64,000 nucleotides of DNA from Rhizaria sp. SCN 62-66 (Eukaryota). Below are positions 24,962 through 38,161 of the stretch, in pieces. The translations under genes were made by a program, and so were the position numbers. The DNA lies in NCBI GenBank assembly GCA_001724265.1, contig MEDY01000107.1, forward strand, positions 1 to 64,000, in the 5' to 3' direction. Under the pieces are notes generated by a model, which was not told the DNA's origin, did not search any database, and worked only from the letters and a program-made list of their open reading frames with translations. The first letter of the stretch is position 1. Each line of letters begins with the position of its first letter.

Positions 24962-27900
24962 GCCAACTTGTTTTGTTAAGCATGATAAGTCACAAAACTA
25001 ATCTCACGCTTCACATCCTTTCTTATCTCTTTCCTAAAACAAAGATGCACCCTTTGAAGTGCAGTTTTCATGTTATTATGTTTCATTTTTTTTTCTTATT
25101 TCTGTTTTATTTTATTCAATTCTTCGTATTTGCTACTGTTGTTGATCTGTTGATCTGTTCATAATGATGGTTTACGGTAGCACGCTCATTCGTTTGGTGT
25201 TGGGTGATAGGAATTAGTTCTGCGTTACTTTCTTGAGACTCCATGCGTGTGCTCGTATGGCATGCGCGTACAGCTGTGCTTGTCGGTAACTGCACTACGA
25301 TTCACCTAGACACTCATTTTAGCATGTGATATGCTGTCTTAGTTGCGAAACGTATCGCCGCAACAAGAGTCAGTTTAACTGTACTTGTGAAATGTGTTTC
25401 CTTGCGTGTTTGTGTGTTTGCATCGCATATTTTTGTCGCGATGTAATGACCTCCTGCTTATTTGTTTCCCTATGTCTGTTTATGTGTTTTCGTAATTATA
25501 TGTTTCGGATAAGTCTCCCTTTTTGCCCCTGTCCGTGGACGCGCTTCACAAGCTGCTCGCGGGTTCCGACACTACTGTGCTGTGCAGTTTTGCTCAGCGT
25601 CTCTGACACTTGATTATCATATCAATGCCTGCTTAAGAGATAAGGCGTGAACCAGAAGACATGGTGAGATCGCCTCTCTGTGTCTTTGTCTGGTCTTTGC
25701 GCTGCCAAGTGAACATCTTCAACCACTCCCCACCAGATGTTGTATATGATGTGATCATCGTCTCTGATGACACACACTATTGGCTTTTCAGTATTGTTGA
25801 AAAATGCACCATAGTAATCACTACGCCTTCGCAGGCCCATCATCATTCGCTTCATCATCCATCTTGGGCACCAAATGGCTTCTTTGATCCTTTGAACATC
25901 AAGCTCCTTCTTGCATTTTTTGTTGTTTCTGCGTGTAATGTCTTTTGTCAGCTCACATGTTTGTTATTCCTCAAATACGACTGTGCTTGTTCGACATCCC
26001 TTCTTTGTTAATTGGATCTTGTCTCAGAGCTTCGCTGGTGTCATAGCTCACATCATATTTTGTGAGCGGGCTCACGCGTAACTCTCTGGTTAGGTTTCTC
26101 AAAGCACTCTGACTACGCACTCGTTTTCTGCTTCTCTGTTCATCATCTGTCAACAGTCTTTGTTTGTATTTGTTTTCATTTGTGTTTACGTCTCAATCAT
26201 TGTTAGATTGTTTACTTTTTGCATCACACATGTACCTGAGAGGTTCTCGGTTTGTGTGGCGTCAACCACTGTGGCGTCAACCACTTTTTTTTGTTTGGCA
26301 CAGCGTCCTTGTATTTTACACCCGCTTCCATGCGTGTGTATTGACAATGGATTTAATTTAATATCGTCGGCAATAGTTGTTTTTAATCTCATCTTGATTT
26401 CCTTTGTTGTGTTTATCTCTTGCCACATCATTAAGCTGTGTGTCAATCATGTCTCTCGATCTATGTTTCTCGATCTATAAGGTTTGGTTTGTCTGTATGT
26501 CTTGTTTTCTCGCCCCCTTTTTTGTTTTCTTCCTCATTGGACATGTCCAGCTATATCACATCTTTCTCTCCGCGCGCGCTCGTCCCGCGTCGCGCTCGTC
26601 CACACGTGTCACCGGTAACCGCGCGTGTGTTGACACAACACTCTCACGCAAGTCTTAACCAGTGGTCAGACTACTTGTGTGCTGCTTGTGTGAGCTAGTT
26701 TGTTGTGGCACGATAATCGTTTGCTTATAGCTCAATCACGTGTCCAATTTCATCATCACATCCTCTCTTTTCTCTACTCCCGCGTTTGACTTTGATTTCA
26801 TACTCAATACTAGTAGTAAATCATATGACTCCTCATGAATTCACCATCTATTTCTTCCTGTCTAGCCTCGTCTCGTTACTGTACGATGACTGCAATGACA
26901 ACCTTGCAACGAGTGTTCTGTGTGTTTTGGTTCTACGTACACGGTGCCTGTCCATGTTGTGTCCGTTTCCGTGCGAGTGCATCTCCCACACGGATACATG
27001 ACTAACGACGTGGAAATCGAAACACAGCTCGTTCATTGGCCTATTATATATTTTTTTCAACGTCACCTCAATTCATTTCTCTTCACCTGCATCTGAGGCC
27101 GTTCTGCCCGCTCACTTTTTCAACGTTTATCGGCTTGTTTCATCCCCATTCTCATGGATCGGCCACATTTTTCTCCCCCTAACATCACCATCGCGTGATT
27201 GCGCTGCGTGAGCTCTTCTATGTTGCCCTGTCGTTGTTGTGTTTTGTATCATCGTGCTGATGCCTTTCTTTATGGCTATCTGCTTACACGTCTCTCACTG
27301 CATTTCCGGTCCTCAATAGTCATGAACATGTATTGTTTGATCGTCGTCGTTGTCTCTTCTAACCCGTATCGCCCGTTACGATCAGTGCTCGTTTCTTCGT
27401 TCATTCTTGGACGCACCTACGACTTATGTTTCTGGTCTGTTTCGTGGCAGACAGTTGTTTTTTACTGTCTTCTGTTTCTTACATAGGTCGCTCCTTTCCG
27501 TCCACGTACGCATGTATCATACCTCCTGCCGCAGTCGCTTGTCGCTGACGTCTCTGTCGTTGCTGCTGCGGTTTGCATTTTTTTGGTGCTTGTGTGGCTC
27601 TGGCGTGATCACCCAAATCTGCGCGATTTCGTCCAGAAGTGTAATTCGTTGCATATGTGTCGCCCCATTTTCTTTCTGTGAGCTACGAAGTCTATCTCCT
27701 CTCATTCTCACTGTCTATTCTCTCTTACTTGTGCCACTCATTTCCGTGTCTTTTCTGTCCCAGAACCGTATTTGTCAACTGAAGCCTTATTATTTTTTCA
27801 CGAATTTGTTTTTCATCTCACCCTGGCTTTGTCGTTTATCCCATCCTACCCTTGATCACTAGTGTGTTAGTTTGTGCCGTTTGAGCTTCTCTGCCCTCCC

Positions 27901-29158
27901 CGCCCACAGCCACAGCACCTGCGGCCACTGCTTAACTGCGATCTCGACTGTGCGCTATGATTGATATAGTCACGCGCCACCGTCACTGCCACCATCTCTG
28001 TCACCGCAGAGCTTTGCAGTGCAGGTGACAGTTCGTCCAGTTGACTGCATTGTCTCGTGCTTGCTTGACCCTTGTGGCGCATTTGCCCTCACCCCATGCC
28101 GTCTCAACTTCGTCGTCGTCCCCTCGCCGTCCCACGCATTGCCCGACCTATCTCTCGCGCCCCATCATCCCCTGAATCTCCACCGCGCACCGCCACGCCT
28201 CCCATACGGGGCTGGCCTAGCACACATCCGTAAATCTTCCGACGCCCTTTCCCCGTCGCACACGTCCTGCTCTGCGCAAGCCCGCGACGAGGCGTCTCAA
28301 CCGATTCTGTCTCCGCTTTTGTTTTTTATAAACACGACTTCTATTCAAATACAAACTTGTTTTTCAACACCGCATTAAGTTGCAATTTGTCGCATGTTGT
28401 TATAGCACTTCAAATCTGTTTGTATTTGGGGAGATACGTTAGAATATCACGTTAATGAGTTAACTGATGCCAAAGAAATAGGCATTAATGATTGAATTGG
28501 GGAGTTATTCCTCAGAAAAAAAGACTAAATTTACGAACTTATACCTGAATTCAAGAGTATATCGAAGAACAATCGGAAAATAAACCGCTGTGTAAGCTAG
28601 TCCCCTCTCGTTCACTTATAGTGTCTCCCAAGCACGACCAACCACCACACCATATTTGGCGGACTGGAGAGCTTGCGTCGTCGTCGCGACTGCAAACGTG
28701 TGGATACAGTTGGTGACTAATGACATGGCAAAGACATCGTGCATCGCTGCAGAGTATGTGGCCATTACAAGTAAAACGGAATCACGGCATTATAGCATAG
28801 AAGATAACACAAGTCCGCAATGAACAAGGGTAGACAGTTTAGAAAACAGAGACATAAACACAGACATAGGTACATGACAAAATGGCAGCACGGAAGCTAT
28901 AGCAAAGCGAACCGCAATTCAACAAAAGAACAGTAAAACAACAGTGACTAGTAATAATAAACTCTGATGTAACATAGACGTGGTATGTTATAAAACTCGC
29001 TGGACCGCTCTAGAACGCGGTACAATTCGCTGACGTGTTGTCTCTCACCGCTTGTTTGCTTCCTGATCAGATTGGATTGGATTAGGTTGGTATCCATAGA
29101 CAACACTGCCTTAGAAACTTAGCGACTTGGCGCAGCACACCGCGTTTGGTGTGCGTGC

Positions 29159-30256
29159 TTACTGCGGGGAGGAGAGCGACGACGGCGAGGCCATCGCGGG
29201 GGCGGCGCCGTCGTACTTGCTCTCCTCGTCGTAGCTCTCGGGCAGGTCGATCTCGGTGAACACCTCAGACAGCGCGCAGTGAATGAAGCGCGAACAACCA
29301 AACAGGCGTTCGGGGAGCTCGTCGGGGGACTGGCCCTCGATGAGGTACGCCTGGTCCACGCACAGCGACTTGGCCGACTTGATGATGAGTCCGTTGAGCA
29401 TGGACGCGACCTTGGAGGAACCAACGTCGACGTCGACTTCGACGTAGTTGGCACCGGTATAATGGCGCGACGCAAGCTTGGTGCCGATGAGCGCGGGGCG
29501 GGAGCCGCCGAGCTGGTTGGCGGCCATGCGGACCGCCCAGGGACCCTTAACGATGTTGCAGATAAACTTAAACTTCTTGTTGCGCTCAGTCGCATCGCCG
29601 GCAATGTAGCTGCGAGGAGGAATGAGACGTCAAAGGTGAAAAAGATTTTAAAAAAGTGAGACAGTGCAAAAGAATTATATACATCAGTCAGAGAGATATA
29701 ATCAATCACTACGATATTGTTGTGCTCGTGCGTTAGCGTACCGTTGCATGATGAGGTCGAAGGTGGGGTCCTCGCCCTCCTTAAGCGTGCGGCCATACAA
29801 GTGCACGACAGAGTAGAATGGCGGGCCCGGCAGCATCCAGTTAACGACGAAAAAGTGCGTGTAGTTGTTCTTGTTCTCCTCGATGTACGCGCGCAGCTGC
29901 GGGCTCCAGCGCGCGACGTGGTACAGAGGCTTGCGCGCCTTGAGGATGTTGATGCCGCACGTCTTGTACGCCGGCACGGCCGAGGGGAACTTGCTGTTGT
30001 CGCCGTCGAGGTACTTCTCGCCGCGCAGCTTAAACTGCTCGTGCTCAGACTCGTTCCACCCGTTGACAGTGCTGCTGTCGGCTGCGTAGCTCTTGCGGTA
30101 GACAGCGGCCGACTCGACCCAGTCCAGGCGGCCCTCGTCAGCGCAGTCCTCGCCGACGGACGGGTACTCGTACACGGGGGCGTTCAACGTCGCGACGGCG
30201 ACGGCGGGGGCGGCGTCGGCGACGGCAGCGGTGGCGGTGGCGGTGGAGTCAGACAT
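29159..30256 (-). CDS. EDR2 C-terminal domain (DUF1336) protein, 321 aa; exons 30256-29742 and 29609-29159
   Basis: The spliced product contains FKLRGEKYL, FFVVNWMLPGPP, QR|YIAGDATERNKKFKFICNIVKGPWAVR, NYVEVDVDVGSS and AYLIEGQSPDELPERLFGCSRF, which match the EDR2_C pattern as I know it. Stop is TAA. Confidence 0.9.
29610..29741 (-). other. Spliceosomal intron, 132 nt, phase 2
   Basis: On the minus strand it reads GTACGC...AT-rich...CCTCCTCGCAG. Removal joins the two halves of the EDR2_C domain in frame and removes an in-frame TGA. Confidence 0.9.
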
Positions 30257-31032
30257 GGAGGAAGGAGGCAGCGATGACGGCAGAGAGAGGTGAAGGGGCG
30301 GATGCGGGGTAGGGGGACGCGGGCTGGGAAGGCTATGAGAGACGGGCTTGCGCGATGGTTACGGGCTTAACGCTGGGTTTAAAGGCTGGCAAGAAGGTGA
30401 CGAGGCTACAGTGAAGAGATGGTGCAGGCAGGCGAAGGTTTACGTGAGATGGACTATTTTGCAATGGGAGGTGTCACCCTGATTGACTGGACCAAGATGA
30501 GTTTGAAGTGCAGTTTTGTGGTTTTCCGAACGTCAGCACGCATCACCGCAAAGGCGCAATATATAACGGTGGCGCGATTTTAATGTCATGATATATAACG
30601 TTCACAGCTCGTTCCTGTGTGGCACTGAACCACTCTCGGCCATTCAGGCTGAATCATCGGCAGGAAAGTAAGCCGCTCTCTTCCCTCCCGATGTGAATGA
30701 GGCTATTTACCGCGTATTACAGATTCTTTAAAGAATCAAAAGAACATTTGTTGTATGAACAAAGCGGTTGCGTGTATAACTCCCGGTGATATAAGCTGGC
30801 GCGGATGGTATCAAGAGGTGTGCTTCATAATAGGCTGTCCATCGCCCTTACGACTGGTGAGCCGGCTGACCAACCAAAGCTCATAGCCGTTGGGTTGACG
30901 TAAACTTTGACAAGTTGCACTGAGATCACAGCTCCGTCTTACCACTCAATATTTGGATATATGTACTAACCTGTATATTTTGTTCTCATAATCAATTTAT
31001 AGTTCGATTGGTTTAATCCTTCGCTTCCTGCA
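30257..31032. promoter_or_regulatory. Divergent promoter region with TATA-like TATATAAC elements (~30560, ~30593)
   Basis: Lies between head-to-head genes; TATATAACG occurs twice. Function is inferred. Confidence 0.4.
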
Positions 31033-34000
31033 ATGGACGAGGATTTCGAGCTTGACCAAGCTCTCCAAGACTTGGTCGATGTTAACATCGCCGATGACAT
31101 CTCCGCGCGTTCATAGGCCCTGCCCCATTTGCGCTCGGCTGCCCGCACCCGGCTAAGCGACACAGCGGATGCGCTGTTTGATGACTCTTCGTCTGCCCCT
31201 TCCTCGGCCCGTGACGGTCTCTCCTCCACTAACGCTTATGCCACCTACCCAGCCGCCGCCAGTGCTGCGCTACGGGACCAACACGACGCCCTCGTACAGT
31301 CTTACGCGTCATCCGCCTGGAACGACACCGGTGACTTGCATATCGCTTTTGCCGGAGCCCCTGCGCTTCAGTTCGCGTCCGCTGCTCCGGCATACAACGC
31401 AGCGCCCCATGTCCCGATCTCTGCAGTTACTGCGACCGCAACTGACAAGCGCGCTGCGCTCATTGCCAGCGCGAGCGCGGCGCTCGGCCGGCCCGCGGCA
31501 ACCTTTGGGCCGCTGCTGCCCCCCGCAGCTACCGGCTATGCCCACAATCACGGCAACGCACAAGGGCCGCAGCAGCAGCAGCTTACAAGCTCCAGCTCTC
31601 AAGCTGTGTCGCAAAAGCAACCACAACAACAGCAGACTGCTGCCACGGTGAGCAGCTACAGTGTACCACGCGAAGCACACACAGTCGCATCTGCTTTACG
31701 CGGCGCTGCACCACCCCGCGCCCAATCGCGACAGCAACAGCTACAGCTACAACAACAACAGCAGCAGCAGAAACACGCACTGCCCTCTCGTGGCCCGACG
31801 ACAGCTGCGTCGCACACTTCGAACCCTCTGGGCAAGCGCTCTACCGCGCTGAGCACTGGCACCGGCGGCTCTGCTGCCGCGCGCGCTGCTGAGACCGAAG
31901 CACAGCTCTCCGCCGCGGCCGCCGACGCCGCCGCGGCGCACGCGCGCGCACAGGCCCTCGAAGGCGAACTCGCTGCTCTGCGCGCTGCCGTCGCGGGCGC
32001 GGGCGAACGGCACGCACACGGGCTGGCGGGCGAGCGCGCACGCGCCGCCGCTGCCGAAGCCGCCGTCGCCGCAGCTGTGGCCGCCGCAGACACGCGCGCC
32101 GCCACCGCCGTCGCCGCCGCGGACGCGCGCGCGCACGCCGCGCACTTGGCCGCCGCAGCCGCCGAGGACACCGCGCAGCAGCTGCGGCAGACCGCCGCGC
32201 GCGCCGCCGCCGAGGCCGCGGACAAGCTCGCCGCCGCGCTGGCGCGGTCTGACACGGCGGAGCGGCGCGTGGCCGCGCTGAGTGCTGAGGCCGCCGCAGT
32301 CAAGACCGCTGCGCGCGCCGCTGCGGCCGCTACGGAGGAGGCGCTCGACGCCAGCCGGGCGGACTTCTACGCCCAAGCGCGCGCCGCCAAAGACGCGTGG
32401 GCACGCGAGCGAGCGGAAATGCAATCGTTGCTGTCCGCCGCGGCCGCCGCGAGAGAGGCCGCCGCGGCGCGCGAGAGCGGGCTCGCCGCGCGCGCTCTGG
32501 CCGCTGAGGCCGCACTCGCGCGGATCGAGGCGCTACTCACTGCGGAGACGGACCGCGTGGCGGACCGCGACGCCGCGCTGTTGCGGATGACTGAAGCGCA
32601 GCGCGCACTCGGCGACGACCTGGCGGCGGCGCGCGCGGCCGCGGCGGAGGCCGAGGCGCGGCGCGCAGCGCGCGAACGCGAGCTCTGTGCGCGCGCTTTG
32701 GCTCTGGAGACTGCGCTGGAGCAGGCGAACCGCCGCGCCGACGCTGCTGTCGCGGTTGCTGAGGCTGCGGCCACCGCGGTTGAGGTCGAGCGGGAACGCG
32801 CAGCCAAGAGCGCGCTCGTCAGTGCAAGTGCGAATGGCTGTGTGGAGGAGGAGGACGCACTGGCGACCGCTCTCAACCCCAAGCGCACGCCCACGGTTGC
32901 TGCGGCAGTCACGGGTGTCATGGGTACCGCGGGTACGGACGCCGCGCAGTGGGGCGGCTGGACTCCGCATAACCGTTTTGCACTCAGTGGCACCGACGGC
33001 GCGTGCCGCTGCCCCGCTGCAGTCGCTGCTGCCGCTGCTGCTACAGCGCCTTCTATTCCCACAAGGCCTACACCAGAGACTGTATCAGTTGCAGTGCAGA
33101 CCGCCCCGTCCCTGGCTGACCCCTCCGTCGGCGCCGCTGAGGCCGACGGCGCCGAGCCCTCGCAAGAGCAGCTCATGACCGAGCTGTGCCGCGCCGCCGA
33201 AGTCTCAGCCGCCGCGCTCGCCGCCGCGCGCGCCGCCGCCGCCGCCGCGGACCTGCGCGCGCGCGACCTCACGGCCGCGCTTTCTGCCGCCGAGGCCCGC
33301 GCCACCGCCGCCGTCGCCGCCGCGGCCGCCGAGGCCGACGAGCGGGTGCGTGCCCTGCAGACCGAACTCGACGCCACTGCCGCGGCCGCCGCGGAGCACC
33401 GCGCGCTGGCCGACGCGCGCACAGGGAACATCCAGCGGCGCTTTACCGCGGCCCTCGCCGTCGCTAGCGCGCGCGTGGGCAGTCCGTACGACGCCGCGCT
33501 TGCGCCTGGGGCCGTGGCGGCCGCGGCGGGTGCGGGGGTTGCACTGACGGGCCGCGCGGGCGACGACGTGTGCACGCTGCTCGTGATGCTGTCGGAGCAG
33601 GAGGCCGCGGCGACTGTGAGCGCCGCTCGGGCGGACCGCGCGGTGGCCGCGGAACAAGCGCTGCGGGCGCGGGTGCAGGAGCTGCGCGCTTTGCTCACCG
33701 CTGCCGCTGCGGCAAAGGGAAGTCAAGCTGCATGCTGCAAGTGCACTGCGGCGGCAGGCAGCCACTCTACTGGCGCGAAGGACCCCGTGTCGGCAGCGGT
33801 CGCTACGACTGAGCTGGAGGTCACCGGCGGCGCGGGTCGCAGTGACGAAGCACTGCTGCTGCGCGCGCAGTTGGTCACGTTATCGACGCGCGTGATGGCC
33901 GCCGACGCGCGAACGGCCGCCGCGAGCGACGAAGCCGCAGACAGCCGCGCCCGCGCCGCTGATTCCGCGACGACCGCAGCCGCCGCCACGGAGCGCGCCA

Positions 34001-37000
34001 ACGCGGCGCTGAGCGAGGTCACGCGCGTGTCCGCCGCCAACGCCTCACTTCGGCGCGCGCTAGCGCTGCAGCGCCGCATCTCCGCCCGCGCCACCGCCTC
34101 GAAGCGCCCCGCTAGCACTGTGTGCGCGCCCCCCGCCGCAGCGGCCGCGGCCGCCGCGGTGGCGTCGGTCGAGGACGAGGCCGCCGCGGCCCCGGCCTGC
34201 GAGTGCGGCTGCCGCTGCGCCGCGCACTGTGTCGACGGTCCCGATGATCAAGACACGTGTCGCTGCTGCTGCGCCGCGTTCCTTGTCGAAGCCACGGCGG
34301 CTGCGACTACAGCGAATAATTCAGCTGCTTACGAGGAGCCGAGCTTCGCCCGGCCCAAGTCTGCGCCCTCAACGCCCGCCAAGTCACGGTCCGGTGCCCA
34401 ATCTCTGCTCTCACCGAGCGCCAGTGGTCCCCTTGCTGCGGCCGCGGCCGCCGCTGGCGAGGCTGCTGCTCTGCGCGCCGCCGTGGCAGAAGCCGCCGCG
34501 GTGGCCAGCGAAGCGCAGAAGCGCGCGCGCGCGGCGGAGGCCCGCGCGCAGGCCATCTCAGAGGCGTCGCGTGCTGAAAGCGCGCGCGCCGCCGCTGCAC
34601 TGACTGAGGCGCAAGAGAACGCTGCCATGCACAAGAAGCGCGCCGCCGCGGCCGAGAAGCTGCTGCGCATGCGTGAGCTGCGCGTGGCTGCGCTCGAGGC
34701 CGCGGCAGCCAGCGCGAGCGCGAACGCGGGCGCGGGGGACGCTCGGGCCGAGGAACTCGCCCGCAAGCTTAAGACCGCCAAGGAGGACGGCGCGCGCCAC
34801 GCCGCGGCGCTCAAGTCCGTGCGCGAGAAGGCTGCTGCTGCCGAGGCCGTGGCTGAAAGCGCGCGCGCGACTGCGGTGGCCGAGGCTGAGCGCGCTGCGG
34901 CTGCAACGGAACGGCTGAAGCGCGCGCGCGCGGAGCTCGGCTCCAAGGACGCGCAGCTGCAGGGTGCCAAGGAGACCGTGTGCCGGCTGATCGACCTGTG
35001 CGAGGCGCGGTACCTGGACGACCAGGAGTTGGAGCACGACCCCGCGGCCGCCGACGCCGCCACGCGCGCGCTCGCCGCGGGCGCGGTGCCGAACCTCCCC
35101 GCGGCCGTGCCGCACTGCCCCGCCGCGCTCGCTGTGGGTGCTGCTGCTGATTGCGAAGGCGGCCCGACGCTGCGCAGCCGCATCGAGCTGCTGGAGGCGC
35201 GCATGCACGCCACGCACACGCGGCTGCAGCAGCGCACCAAGCAGCTGCGCGCGGCCTACACTGAGCTTCGCGCGCGCGAGCGCCGCGCCCCGCTGGGCTC
35301 CCCCGGCGGGAAGACCTCGATGGAGCTGGCCGGCACACAGTGGAGTCTGAAGCTCGAGGCCGTGCTGCACCGCCTGGGCGCCGTGGTCCCGCCGCTGCTG
35401 CGCGCCGCCGCCGACGCCGCGCGCCGCGTGACGGCCGCGCAGGCGCTGTGCGTGCTGCGCGCGGTCGCAGAGCATCAATGCGCGCGCATGGTGCCCGTGC
35501 AGCGCCAGCTCGAGGCTGCGCTCGCGGGCGCCGTCGACGCCGGCGTGCTGCCGCCGGACTCGCCGCTGCTCGCGCAGGTGCTGGGCTCGCTGGCGCCGGG
35601 CGCCGCAGAGGACGGCGCGCGCCAGGGCGGACAACTGTCACTCGTTGCACGCGCGCTTTCAGAGGCGGAGACCGCGTTCGCCCGTGTTAGCACTGACCCC
35701 GCGCAGTGGTGCGCTCTCGCCACTGCACACTCTAACAGCGAGGCTGAGACTGTGGGTGCGGAGACGAGCGCGCTTGAGGGCGAGCTCAAAGCGTTTTCGC
35801 ACCAACTGCTCGCCGCCGTGCTCCCCAACTCTCAGTCGCAAGCGCAGGCGCAGGCAATGACGGCAGAGACGCTGCCGTTGTCCGCCGCGGGCGAGGCGCT
35901 GTTGTCGCGCGTGTTGTCCCCGTCCGCTGCGCTGACGGCGGCTTTCTCCGCGCTTGCCGCGCCGCCGGACGAGTTTCTGCCCGCCGAGGACGACGCCGCG
36001 ACTGAGATGCGGCTGCTGGCGCCGTCGCTGCGCGACCGCGCGCTGACGCAGGCCGAGGTCGAGGCCACGCCGCTGCTACAGCGCCGTCACTGGGCGCTCA
36101 TTGCATCCCGCGCCGTGCGCGCTGTCTGCACGCCTGTCACGCCTTCTTCCATCACGGACGGCCCCGATAATGGCTCAGAGCCGGCACCGGGCGTGTTCGG
36201 TGCGCTCGTCGGTCTGTGTGACCAACGCTCGGACCTTGAGACGACGCTGGGCTCCGTTGTTGCGGCCGTCGGCATCTGCCAGCACGACCGCGGCACGCAG
36301 TCCGCGCTGGGCGAGCTGCTGACCGCGATCGCTGACGCCAAGCGCGGCCGCGACGCCGCCGAGACCGCCGCCGCTGAGGCCTCTGTCGTGGCCGCTGAAG
36401 CGCGCCGCCGCGCTGTGTGGGCTGTCCGCACCGCAGCCGCCGAGAAGGCCGTGCTCGCGCGCACTGCCAGCAAGCGGCAGGCGTCGGCGGGCCGGCGCGT
36501 GGCGCGCGCGCGCCGGGCGGCGGGGCAGATGCGTTCCGTGCTGCAACGCTGCCAGTGTACTGAGGGACGCAGGCTGTGGCGCGCGCTCGAGCCCTGGGTG
36601 CCCGAGGTCGACGACAGCGCTTCGGAGCCCGACGCTGAGGCTGACTCAGATGCAGAGGCTGATATGCAGTCTGGTGGTGCTGCGGTGACGAGGCTCACCG
36701 GTGACGCCTAGTCCAAGGACCGCGGCTCCAGCGGCAGCGTCAGCGGTGATGTCGACGCTGAGCTCGAGCCGGAACACATGAGCAGCAGTGTTCACGGGCT
36801 CCGTTACAACGGCCGTCAGCAGCAGCATCAGCAGCAGCAGCAGACTGGGCACGGCCGTGTGGAACATCATTACCGCGGTCAAATGGAGCGCGGCGACTAT
36901 CGCGAGGCGCAGCCGCCTAGTGCCCGCAGTCGTGATCAACAACTGAAGTTCCCTGCGCACGGCCACAGTGAGCGCGGTCTGCGCGGCCGCCCTGCTCATC

Positions 37001-37845
37001 CAGCACATGGCGAATACGACCACGATCGCAATCGCCACGACTATGACCGCTCTGGCCACGTTCACTGCGCGCGCATCCAACCGTATCGCGACGAGTCGCC
37101 ACATGGCGCGTCTCAACACGCCCGCTACACCGGTAACGACAGCAACGGCCGCTATCCTGACGATCACCGCCAACGGTACAATAGCGGCGATGGCCACCGC
37201 GGAGACCGCTCGTACTACGTCGACGATGGCGATAACAACTACTACCCCGGTGACTCTGCCTGTGCACCTGCGGCCGGGTCTGTGTCGGTGTATTGGCCTC
37301 ACCCTCCTGCGAACGCAAACACCAGCGGCTCACGCGAGCTCTCGCGTACGTTTGCGACCGACGACGACGAAGAGATTATTGCGCTGATGAACCAACATGT
37401 CCGTGGGCTCTCCAAGCCCAGCAACGCTGTGAATGTTGCCGCTAGCGGTGGCAACAACACCGGCCAATGTCACGGCAGCGATGGAGGTGACCACGGTGCG
37501 CCGGTGCCTGGCAGACGTGGCTCCCGGGCGGCCGGAGCGACTGGTGCTACCACAGAACCGGAAGTCTCTGTGTCGCTGCTGTCTCGGTTGCGCACGCAGA
37601 TGGCGCAGAAACGGGCAGTTGATGCTGAGGCTGATGCTGCACCGCAGACGAAGCCACATGTTGCTAATGCTGCTACTGTGGTAAGCGCTGTTTATGAAGA
37701 GCAGGATGACGATGATATGTCGGAGCCTGAACCGAGTAGGGCCCCCGTTGCGCATATGCGAGCGAATAGTGGTGTTAGCAGTGATAGCAATGGTGTTGCC
37801 AATTATCGCGGAATTCCGCTCGTAATGCCCAGGAGGACACAGTAA
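31033..37845 (+). CDS. Long Ala-rich coiled-coil protein, ~2,270 aa, with two in-frame TAG codons (31114, 36709); possibly centrosome/basal-body related (weak)
   Basis: ATG 31033 (MDEDFELDQALQDL), ORF 31129-36711 and ORF 36778-37845 are all in one frame, separated only by TAG. Long heptad-like E/R/A/K segments are present. Ends in TAA followed by AT-rich DNA. Confidence 0.75.
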
Positions 37846-38161
37846 GGCGATTTATATTATGTTTACATTAGATCTGATTTGAATACATTATTTATCTGTT
37901 TTTAGTCCGCTCTTTGAACTCTCGTTACCCGAACGGATGCATGTCGCCGCACACCACAACTTGAAAAACTAAATTGTGAGGCAAAAAATCATATCATGAA
38001 ACTTGATATACGGCATCGAAGTACCACTTATGATGTGTTACATAGAATATTTTTTAACTTGCACCACCACTTTTATTTTGCAATTTAACAACAATTCATT
38101 TCGTAGGATAGTTGGCTTGAAACAGACCCCTCGTTTTAAACGGGCTTTCCGTTGGGCTCAA

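Noticed and set aside
25326-28378. Short Phe/Leu/Cys-rich ORFs in the T-rich block
   Set aside because: They look like translations of T-rich UTR-like DNA, with codon usage unlike the real genes.
31081-31116. In-frame TAGs as 3' ends of micro-introns (for example 36-nt GTTAAC...TCATAG)
   Set aside because: All seven would need frame-preserving introns ending exactly on a codon boundary. None has the GTRCGY donor, AT/pyrimidine-rich body or ~100-140 nt size of the real introns. RNA-seq would settle it.
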